DNA of 64,000 nucleotides from Escherichia coli (GTDB lineage Bacteria; Pseudomonadota; Gammaproteobacteria; Enterobacterales; Enterobacteriaceae): NCBI RefSeq assembly GCF_050920415.1, contig NZ_CP169309.1; one strand, 5' to 3'. Shown piece by piece: positions 55,851 to 64,000 of this stretch (position 1 is its first letter; each line of letters starts with the position of its first letter). The notes under the pieces were generated by a model. It saw only the letters and a program-made list of their open reading frames with translations, ran no database searches and was not told where the DNA came from. The position numbers and the translations under genes were made by a program.

Positions 55851-56798
55851 ATGCAAAATCGGCTGACCATCAAAGACATCGCGCGCTTAAGCGGCGTGGG
55901 GAAATCTACGGTTTCCCGAGTGCTGAATAACGAAAGCGGCGTGAGTCAGCGCACGCGCGAGCGCGTGGAAGCAGTGATGAATCAGCATGGATTTTCCCCT
56001 TCCCGCTCCGCACGCGCTATGCGTGGGCAAAGCGACAAAGTCGTCGCCATCATCGTGACCCGTCTGGATTCGTTGTCAGAAAATCTCGCCGTCCAAACCA
56101 TGCTGCCAGCGTTCTATGAACAAGGTTACGACCCGATCATGATGGAAAGTCAGTTTTCTCCGCAATTAGTTGCCGAACATTTGGGGGTGCTGAAACGGCG
56201 TAATATCGACGGCGTAGTGCTGTTCGGTTTTACCGGCATAACCGAAGACATGTTAGCCCACTGGCAGTCATCGCTGGTTCTGCTGGCGCGTGACGCAAAA
56301 GGCTTTGCTTCGGTCTGTTATGACGACGAAGGGGCAATCAAAATCCTGATGCAACGGCTGTATGACCAGGGACATCGTAATATCAGTTATCTCGGCGTGC
56401 CGCATAGTGACGTGACGACCGGTAAGCGACGTCACGAAGCCTACCTGGTGTTCTGCAAAGCGCATAAACTGCATCCCGTTGCCGCTCTGCCAGGCCTTGC
56501 GATGAAGCAAGGCTATGAGAACGTAGCAAAAGTGATTACGCCTGAAACTACCGCGTTACTGTGCGCAACCGACACGCTGGCACTTGGCGCAAGTAAATAC
56601 CTGCAAGAGCAACGCATCGACACCTTGCAACTGGCGAGCGTCGGTAATACGCCGTTAATGAAATTCCTCCATCCGGAGATCGTCACCGTTGACCCAGGTT
56701 ACGCCGAAGCTGGACGCCAGGCGGCCTGCCAGTTGATCGCGCAGGTAACCGGGCGCAGCGAACCGCAACAAATCATCATCCCCGCCACCCTGTCCTGA
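55851..56798 (+). CDS. treR: LacI-family trehalose operon repressor
   Basis: 315 aa from MQNRLTIKDIARLSGVGKSTVSRVLN (LacI HTH). Confidence 0.9.
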   Translation: MQNRLTIKDIARLSGVGKSTVSRVLNNESGVSQRTRERVEAVMNQHGFSPSRSARAMRGQSDKVVAIIVTRLDSLSENLAVQTMLPAFYEQGYDPIMMESQFSPQLVAEHLGVLKRRNIDGVVLFGFTGITEDMLAHWQSSLVLLARDAKGFASVCYDDEGAIKILMQRLYDQGHRNISYLGVPHSDVTTGKRRHEAYLVFCKAHKLHPVAALPGLAMKQGYENVAKVITPETTALLCATDTLALGASKYLQEQRIDTLQLASVGNTPLMKFLHPEIVTVDPGYAEAGRQAACQLIAQVTGRSEPQQIIIPATLS

Positions 56799-56916
56799 TC
56801 GTTTCCTGAACGATAAATTGTGATCTTCGCTGCGTTTCGGGAACGTTCCCGTTTTTAAATTTTTCCGCGCACTATATTCTGCAGCCAACCAAAAATGTCA
56901 TCTGCCATGGGGCTTT

Positions 56917-58338
56917 ATGATGAGCAAAATAAACCAAACGGATATCGATCGGTTGATTGAACTGGTCGGCGGGCGCGGCAACATTGCGACGGTGAGCCAC
57001 TGTATTACTCGCCTGCGCTTTGTCCTCAACCAACCGGCCAATGCCAGACCGAAAGAAATTGAGCAACTCCCCATGGTGAAAGGCTGTTTCACCAATGCCG
57101 GGCAATTTCAGGTGGTAATTGGCACCAACGTGGGTGATTACTATCAAGCGCTGATAGCGACGACCGGACAGGCGCAGGTTGATAAAGAGCAGGTGAAAAA
57201 AGCCGCCCGGCAGAATATGAAATGGCATGAGCAGTTGATCTCTCATTTCGCGGAGATCTTCTTCCCGCTGCTGCCCGCGTTGATTAGTGGTGGTTTGATC
57301 CTCGGTTTTCGCAATGTGATCGGCGATTTGCCCATGAGCAACGGTCAAACGCTGGCGCAAATATACCCTTCCCTGCAAACGATCTACGATTTTCTATGGT
57401 TGATCGGTGAAGCGATCTTCTTCTACCTGCCGGTCGGAATTTGCTGGTCAGCGGTGAAAAAAATGGGCGGCACGCCGATCCTCGGTATCGTGCTTGGCGT
57501 GACGCTGGTTTCCCCACAGTTGATGAACGCTTATCTGCTCGGGCAGCAGCTGCCGGAAGTATGGAACTTTGGCATGTTCAGCATCGCCAAAGTGGGCTAT
57601 CAGGCACAGGTTATTCCGGCATTGTTAGCCGGGCTGGCGCTGGGCGTGATAGAAACTCGCCTTAAGCGTATCGTGCCGGATTACCTCTATCTGGTGGTGG
57701 TGCCGGTCTGTTCGCTGATCCTCGCGGTCTTCCTCGCCCATGCGCTGATCGGTCCGTTTGGTCGCATGATTGGCGATGGCGTTGCCTTTGCGGTGCGTCA
57801 CCTGATGACCGGCAGCTTTGCCCCCATTGGTGCGGCATTGTTTGGCTTCCTTTACGCACCGCTGGTGATCACCGGCGTACACCAGACCACGCTTGCTATA
57901 GATTTGCAGATGATTCAAAGCATGGGTGGCACGCCAGTATGGCCGCTTATTGCGCTGTCGAATATCGCTCAGGGCTCCGCCGTGATAGGCATTATCATTT
58001 CCAGCCGCAAGAGCAATGAACGCGAGATCTCCGTACCTGCCGCTATCTCCGCCTGGCTTGGGGTCACTGAGCCTGCAATGTACGGCATCAACCTGAAATA
58101 TCGCTTCCCGATGCTGTGCGCGATGATTGGTTCTGGTCTGGCTGGATTGCTATGTGGTCTGAACGGCGTTATGGCGAATGGCATCGGCGTAGGCGGCCTG
58201 CCGGGAATTCTCTCTATTCAACCGAGCTATTGGCAAGTGTTTGCGCTGGCAATGGCTATCGCCATCATCATCCCGATTGTACTCACCTCATTTATCTACC
58301 AGCGGAAATACCGCCTGGGTACGCTGGACATTGTTTAA
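56917..58338 (+). CDS. treB: PTS trehalose-specific EIIBC component
   Basis: 473-aa ORF with EIIB cysteine motif (ATVSHCITRLRF) and a polytopic EIIC domain. Confidence 0.95.
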   Translation: MMSKINQTDIDRLIELVGGRGNIATVSHCITRLRFVLNQPANARPKEIEQLPMVKGCFTNAGQFQVVIGTNVGDYYQALIATTGQAQVDKEQVKKAARQNMKWHEQLISHFAEIFFPLLPALISGGLILGFRNVIGDLPMSNGQTLAQIYPSLQTIYDFLWLIGEAIFFYLPVGICWSAVKKMGGTPILGIVLGVTLVSPQLMNAYLLGQQLPEVWNFGMFSIAKVGYQAQVIPALLAGLALGVIETRLKRIVPDYLYLVVVPVCSLILAVFLAHALIGPFGRMIGDGVAFAVRHLMTGSFAPIGAALFGFLYAPLVITGVHQTTLAIDLQMIQSMGGTPVWPLIALSNIAQGSAVIGIIISSRKSNEREISVPAAISAWLGVTEPAMYGINLKYRFPMLCAMIGSGLAGLLCGLNGVMANGIGVGGLPGILSIQPSYWQVFALAMAIAIIIPIVLTSFIYQRKYRLGTLDIV

Positions 58339-58387
58339 TTTTCTTCGGGGCGCAATTGCGCCCCCTCGCATTTGCAGGAATAACGTA

Positions 58388-60043
58388 ATGACGAATCTTC
58401 CCCACTGGTGGCAAAACGGCGTTATCTACCAGATTTATCCCAAGAGTTTTCAGGACACCACGGGCAGCGGCACCGGCGATTTACGTGGCGTTATCCAACG
58501 CCTGGACTATCTGCATAAACTGGGCGTCGATGCTATCTGGCTAACCCCCTTTTATGTCTCTCCCCAGGTCGATAACGGATACGACGTAGCGAACTATACG
58601 GCGATAGATCCCACTTACGGTACGCTGGACGATTTTGACGAAATGGTGACGCAGGCGAAATCGCGCGGCATTCGTATCATTCTCGATATGGTGTTTAATC
58701 ATACTTCTACCCAACATGCCTGGTTTCGTGAGGCGCTGAGCAAAGAAAGCCCTTACCGCCAGTTTTATATCTGGCGCGATGGTGAACCAGAAACGCCACC
58801 GAATAACTGGCGTTCAAAATTTGGCGGTAGTGCGTGGCGCTGGCATGCGGAAAGCGAACAGTACTATTTGCATCTCTTTGCACCAGAACAGGCGGATCTC
58901 AACTGGGAGAATTCGGCGGTACGCGCCGAGCTGAAAAAAGTCTGTGAGTTCTGGGCCGATCGCGGGGTCGACGGGTTACGCCTGGATGTAGTGAATTTGA
59001 TCTCTAAAGATCTGCGTTTTCCTAATGACCTGGATGGCGATGGGCGTCGCTTCTACACCGACGGGCCACGAGCACACGAGTTTTTGCATGAGATGAACCG
59101 CGATGTGTTTACGCCTCGCGGTTTAATGACCGTGGGTGAAATGTCCTCCACCAGCCTTGAGCATTGCCAGCGATACGCGGCACTAACAGGCAGTGAATTG
59201 TCGATGACCTTTAATTTTCATCACCTGAAGGTCGATTATCCCGGTGGTGAAAAATGGACGCTGGCTAAACCTGACTTTGTGGGGTTGAAAGCATTGTTCC
59301 GCCACTGGCAACAAGGAATGCACAACGTGGCATGGAATGCCTTGTTCTGGTGTAACCACGATCAGCCGCGCATTGTTTCTCGTTTTGGTGATGAAGGGGA
59401 CTACCGCGAACCTGCGGCAAAAATGCTGGCGATGGTGCTGCATGGCATGCAGGGAACGCCATATATCTATCAGGGCGAAGAGATTGGCATGACTAACCCA
59501 CATTTCACGCGCATTACTGACTATCGCGACGTGGAGAGCCTCAATATGTTTGCCGAACTGCGCAACGATGGGCGTGACGCCGAGGAGTTATTGGCAATCC
59601 TCGCCAGTAAATCCCGTGACAATAGTCGCACGCCAATGCAATGGAGCAACGGCGATAATGCCGGGTTTACAACGGGTGAACCGTGGATTGGCCTGGGCGA
59701 TAACTATCAAGAAATCAACGTAGAAGCCGCGCTGGCCGATGAGTCCTCGGTGTTTTACACCTACCAAAAGTTAATCGCACTGCGTAAGCAAGAAGCCGTC
59801 CTGACATGGGGCAATTACCAGGATCTGCTGCCAGACAGCCCTGTATTGTGGTGCTATCGCCGTGAATGGAAGGGGCAAACCTTGCTGGTCATTGCCAACC
59901 TTAGCCGTGAGACCCAACCCTGGCAGCCAGGGCAAATGCGCGGCAACTGGCAGTTGCTGGTGCATAACTACGAAGAAGCCTCAGCACAACCCTGTGCCAT
60001 GACTTTACGGCCTTTTGAGGCCGTCTGGTGGTTACAGAAGTAA
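58388..60043 (+). CDS. treC: Trehalose-6-phosphate hydrolase (GH13)
   Basis: 551 aa from MTNLPHWWQNGVIYQIYPKSF; alpha-amylase-family motifs (DAIWLTPF, GLRLDVVN). Confidence 0.95.
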   Translation: MTNLPHWWQNGVIYQIYPKSFQDTTGSGTGDLRGVIQRLDYLHKLGVDAIWLTPFYVSPQVDNGYDVANYTAIDPTYGTLDDFDEMVTQAKSRGIRIILDMVFNHTSTQHAWFREALSKESPYRQFYIWRDGEPETPPNNWRSKFGGSAWRWHAESEQYYLHLFAPEQADLNWENSAVRAELKKVCEFWADRGVDGLRLDVVNLISKDLRFPNDLDGDGRRFYTDGPRAHEFLHEMNRDVFTPRGLMTVGEMSSTSLEHCQRYAALTGSELSMTFNFHHLKVDYPGGEKWTLAKPDFVGLKALFRHWQQGMHNVAWNALFWCNHDQPRIVSRFGDEGDYREPAAKMLAMVLHGMQGTPYIYQGEEIGMTNPHFTRITDYRDVESLNMFAELRNDGRDAEELLAILASKSRDNSRTPMQWSNGDNAGFTTGEPWIGLGDNYQEINVEAALADESSVFYTYQKLIALRKQEAVLTWGNYQDLLPDSPVLWCYRREWKGQTLLVIANLSRETQPWQPGQMRGNWQLLVHNYEEASAQPCAMTLRPFEAVWWLQK

Positions 60044-60055
60044 GTATCCGCTAAG

Positions 60056-60085
60056 CCCCGGTAATACTGGTCATTCCGGGGTTTT
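60056..60085 (+). terminator. Intrinsic terminator after treBC
   Basis: ccccgg-N14-ccgggg hairpin followed by tttt. Confidence 0.6.
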
Positions 60086-60228
60086 GCCTTTCAGCATGTT
60101 GTTTTTGTTGATTTTATAATCAAAAAATTCATTAAAAAATTTACATAACGCTGTAGCGCCCGTCATCCGTACGCTCTGCTTTTTACTTTGAGCTACATCA
60201 AAAAAAGTTCAAACATCCTTGATGCAAA

Positions 60229-60276
60229 GCACTATATATAGACTTTAAAATGCGTCCCGACCCAATATGTTGTATT
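60229..60276 (+). promoter_or_regulatory. Candidate paired NrdR boxes in the nrdDG promoter
   Basis: AT-cored palindromes gcactatatatagact (60229-60244) and cccaatatgttgtat (60261-60275) about 31 bp apart, followed by tataat at 60284-60289. Confidence 0.45.
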
Positions 60277-60436
60277 AATCGACTATAATTGCTACTACAA
60301 CTCCCCACGAAAAAGGTGCGGCGTTGTGGATAAGCGGATGGCGATTGCGGAAAGCGCCGGAAAACGAAACGAAAAAACCGGAAAACACCTTTCCCAATTT
60401 CTGTGGATAACCTGTTCTTAAAAATATGGAGCGATC

Positions 60437-62575
60437 ATGACACCGCATGTGATGAAACGAGACGGCTGCAAAGTGCCGTTTAAATCAGAGCGCATCAAAG
60501 AAGCGATTCTGCGTGCAGCTAAAGCAGCGGAAGTCGATGATGCAGATTATTGCGCCACTGTTGCCGCGGTTGTCAGCGAGCAGATGCAGGGCCGCAGCCA
60601 GGTGGATATCAACGAGATCCAGACCGCCGTTGAAAACCAGCTGATGTCGGGTCCATACAAACAACTGGCTCGTGCTTACATCGAGTACCGTCACGATCGC
60701 GACATTGAACGTGAAAAACGCGGTCGCCTGAATCAGGAGATCCGTGGTCTGGTCGAGCAGACCAACGCCTCGTTGCTCAACGAAAACGCCAACAAAGACA
60801 GCAAGGTGATTCCAACCCAGCGCGACCTGCTGGCCGGGATTGTGGCTAAACACTATGCACGTCAGCACCTGCTGCCGCGTGACGTGGTGCAGGCGCATGA
60901 GCGTGGCGATATTCACTATCACGATCTCGATTACTCGCCGTTCTTCCCGATGTTCAACTGCATGTTGATCGACCTGAAAGGTATGCTGACCCAGGGCTTT
61001 AAGATGGGGAACGCCGAGATTGAACCACCGAAGTCGATCTCTACGGCAACCGCGGTAACTGCGCAGATTATTGCTCAGGTCGCCAGTCATATTTATGGCG
61101 GCACCACCATTAACCGTATCGATGAAGTGCTGGCACCGTTTGTCACCGCCAGCTACAACAAACACCGCAAGACCGCAGAAGAGTGGAATATCCCGGACGC
61201 CGAAGGTTACGCTAACTCTCGTACCATCAAAGAGTGCTACGATGCCTTCCAGTCGCTGGAGTACGAAGTAAACACCCTGCACACCGCCAACGGTCAAACA
61301 CCGTTTGTGACCTTTGGTTTTGGTCTGGGCACCAGCTGGGAGTCTCGCCTGATTCAGGAGTCTATCCTGCGTAACCGTATCGCGGGCCTCGGTAAAAACC
61401 GCAAAACTGCGGTGTTCCCGAAACTGGTGTTTGCGATTCGCGATGGCCTGAACCATAAAAAAGGCGATCCGAACTACGACATCAAACAGCTGGCGCTGGA
61501 GTGCGCAAGCAAGCGCATGTATCCGGATATCCTGAACTACGATCAGGTAGTGAAAGTCACCGGTTCGTTTAAAACCCCGATGGGCTGCCGTAGCTTCCTC
61601 GGCGTGTGGGAAAATGAAAACGGCGAACAGATCCACGATGGTCGTAACAACCTCGGCGTGATCAGCCTGAACCTGCCGCGCATTGCTCTGGAAGCGAAAG
61701 GCGATGAAGCCACCTTCTGGAAGCTGCTGGATGAACGTCTGGTGCTGGCACGTAAGGCGCTGATGACCCGTATCGCTCGTCTCGAAGGCGTTAAAGCGCG
61801 CGTGGCCCCGATCCTCTATATGGAAGGTGCTTGTGGCGTTCGTCTGAATGCTGACGACGACGTTTCTGAAATCTTCAAAAACGGTCGTGCGTCTATTTCG
61901 CTGGGTTACATCGGCATCCACGAAACCATTAACGCGCTGTTTGGCGGCGAGCATGTGTATGACAACGAGCAGCTGCGCGCGAAAGGTATCGCCATTGTTG
62001 AACGTCTGCGTCAGGCGGTGGATCAGTGGAAAGAAGAAACGGGTTACGGTTTTAGCCTTTACAGCACGCCAAGTGAAAACCTGTGCGACCGCTTCTGCCG
62101 TCTCGATACCGCAGAGTTTGGCGTGGTGCCGGGCGTGACTGATAAAGGTTACTACACCAACAGTTTCCACCTCGATGTGGAGAAGAAGGTGAACCCGTAC
62201 GACAAGATCGACTTTGAAGCGCCTTACCCGCCGCTGGCGAACGGTGGCTTCATTTGCTACGGCGAATATCCAAACATTCAGCACAACCTGAAGGCGCTGG
62301 AAGATGTCTGGGATTACAGCTATCAGCATGTACCGTATTACGGCACCAATACGCCGATTGATGAGTGTTACGAGTGTGGTTTTACCGGTGAGTTTGAGTG
62401 CACCAGTAAAGGCTTCACCTGCCCGAAATGCGGTAACCATGACGCCTCCCGTGTGTCGGTGACTCGCCGCGTGTGCGGATATTTAGGTAGCCCGGATGCG
62501 CGTCCGTTTAACGCTGGTAAGCAGGAAGAAGTTAAGCGCCGCGTTAAACATTTGGGAAATGGGCAGATCGGTTAA
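60437..62575 (+). CDS. nrdD: Anaerobic ribonucleoside-triphosphate reductase (class III)
   Basis: 712-aa ORF with an N-terminal ATP-cone, C-terminal Zn-ribbon cysteines (CYECGF...CPKCG) and the glycyl-radical motif RVCGYLG. Confidence 0.95.
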   Translation: MTPHVMKRDGCKVPFKSERIKEAILRAAKAAEVDDADYCATVAAVVSEQMQGRSQVDINEIQTAVENQLMSGPYKQLARAYIEYRHDRDIEREKRGRLNQEIRGLVEQTNASLLNENANKDSKVIPTQRDLLAGIVAKHYARQHLLPRDVVQAHERGDIHYHDLDYSPFFPMFNCMLIDLKGMLTQGFKMGNAEIEPPKSISTATAVTAQIIAQVASHIYGGTTINRIDEVLAPFVTASYNKHRKTAEEWNIPDAEGYANSRTIKECYDAFQSLEYEVNTLHTANGQTPFVTFGFGLGTSWESRLIQESILRNRIAGLGKNRKTAVFPKLVFAIRDGLNHKKGDPNYDIKQLALECASKRMYPDILNYDQVVKVTGSFKTPMGCRSFLGVWENENGEQIHDGRNNLGVISLNLPRIALEAKGDEATFWKLLDERLVLARKALMTRIARLEGVKARVAPILYMEGACGVRLNADDDVSEIFKNGRASISLGYIGIHETINALFGGEHVYDNEQLRAKGIAIVERLRQAVDQWKEETGYGFSLYSTPSENLCDRFCRLDTAEFGVVPGVTDKGYYTNSFHLDVEKKVNPYDKIDFEAPYPPLANGGFICYGEYPNIQHNLKALEDVWDYSYQHVPYYGTNTPIDECYECGFTGEFECTSKGFTCPKCGNHDASRVSVTRRVCGYLGSPDARPFNAGKQEEVKRRVKHLGNGQIG

Positions 62576-62596
62576 TCTTCACTCTGCGCTAAGCAA

Positions 62597-62725
<129 letters not shown>

Positions 62726-62732
62726 CGAAATA

Positions 62733-63197
62733 ATGAATTATCATCAGTACTATCCTGTCGACATCGTCAACGGTCCCGGCACTCGCTGCACCCTGTTTGT
62801 CTCCGGGTGTGTTCATGAATGCCCCGGTTGCTATAACAAAAGCACCTGGCGGGTAAATTCCGGTCAGCCATTTACCAAAGCAATGGAAGACCAGATCATT
62901 AACGATCTGAACGACACCCGCATCAAACGCCAGGGTATTTCCCTCTCCGGCGGCGATCCGCTGCATCCGCAAAACGTGCCGGATATTCTGAAACTGGTAC
63001 AACGCATCCGCGCCGAATGTCCGGGTAAAGACATCTGGGTGTGGACAGGCTATAAACTCGACGAACTCAACGCTGCGCAAATGCAGGTTGTTGATTTGAT
63101 TAACGTGCTGGTCGACGGCAAATTTATGCAGGATCTAAAAGACCCTTCCCTGATCTGGCGCGGCAGCAGCAATCAGGTGGTGCATCATTTGCGATGA
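62733..63197 (+). CDS. nrdG: Anaerobic ribonucleotide reductase activating protein (radical SAM)
   Basis: 154 aa from MNYHQYYPVDIVNGPGTRCTLFVSGCVHECPGCYN (CxxxCxxC radical-SAM cluster). Confidence 0.9.
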   Translation: MNYHQYYPVDIVNGPGTRCTLFVSGCVHECPGCYNKSTWRVNSGQPFTKAMEDQIINDLNDTRIKRQGISLSGGDPLHPQNVPDILKLVQRIRAECPGKDIWVWTGYKLDELNAAQMQVVDLINVLVDGKFMQDLKDPSLIWRGSSNQVVHHLR

Positions 63198-63241
63198 TAA
63201 GTTCCCTGTTACCTGAGTGCAGGCAACAGGGAAATAAGGAA

Positions 63242-63628
<387 letters not shown>

Positions 63629-63680
63629 TGCTCACTTCCTTTTTCTTATTAAGATTTGGCGCGGCAGGTCGCGCCTTTTT

Positions 63681-64000
63681 TTACTGCCCGGCGATTTTCA
63701 TCTCCGGCAACAGCACAGAACCACACTGTATATTGCTGCGTGTTTCAATATCGTTACCGACGGTGACAATATTGCGCCACATATCTTTTAAATTACCTGC
63801 GATGGTGATTTCGCTAACCGGATACTGAATTTCGCCATTCTCTACCCAGAAGCCCGCAGCACCACGGGAATAATCACCGGTAATGGCACTCACGCCCTGG
63901 CCCATCAGCTCCGTCACCACCAGCCCGGTGCCCATCTCTTTGAGCATTTGTTCGAAGCTTAGCCCTTGCCCGGCAATCCGCCAGTTGTGAATACCGCCCG
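63681..64000 (-). CDS. pmbA: Metalloprotease PmbA/TldE, 3' end only (gene continues past the window end)
   Basis: Minus-strand ORF open to the window edge, ending ...[15 protein letters not shown]; position next to cybC. Confidence 0.65.

Noticed and set aside
60485-62440. 651-aa ORF on the minus strand
   Set aside because: Antisense to nrdD, which has clear ATP-cone, Zn-ribbon and glycyl-radical motifs; shadow ORF.

Overview
This window reads as Escherichia coli chromosome, K-12-like in gene order but in reverse orientation to K-12 numbering. Nearly all of it is recognisable core: iadA (3' end), hypT, iraD, yjiC, uxuR-uxuB-uxuA, gntP, the complete type 1 fimbrial cluster fimB-fimE-fimS-fimAICDFGH, nanC-nanM-nanS, tRNA-leuX, ahr, idnK/idnDOTR, yjgR, lptG-lptF, pepA, holC-valS, yjgN, yjgM, rraB, argI, yjgL, tabA, bdcR/bdcA, yjgH, pyrL-pyrB-pyrI, ridA, mgtA with its mgtL leader, treR-treB-treC, nrdD-nrdG, a cybC pseudogene and the 3' end of pmbA. 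Gene names are assigned from recognised protein sequences and synteny, not from any database search. The one clearly accessory locus lies immediately 3' of tRNA-leuX, a classic island integration hotspot: a single 1171-codon gene (22473..25988, minus strand) encoding a Walker A/B superfamily-1 helicase core fused to a C-terminal phospholipase-D (HKD) nuclease motif, with no integrase or partner gene. I consider it the best candidate for a single-gene helicase-nuclease defence system (Mokosh type II-like architecture); this rests on motifs read in the translation and needs profile-HMM and experimental confirmation. Other points worth a second look are the orientation of the fimS invertible switch (possibly phase-OFF), an HTH-plus-membrane ORF between ridA and mgtA, an in-frame 24-bp tandem repeat in yjgL, a tandemly duplicated 97-bp REP/BIME unit after pepA, and a palindromic candidate operator between bdcR and bdcA. 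No CRISPR array, rRNA gene or intact IS element was seen.
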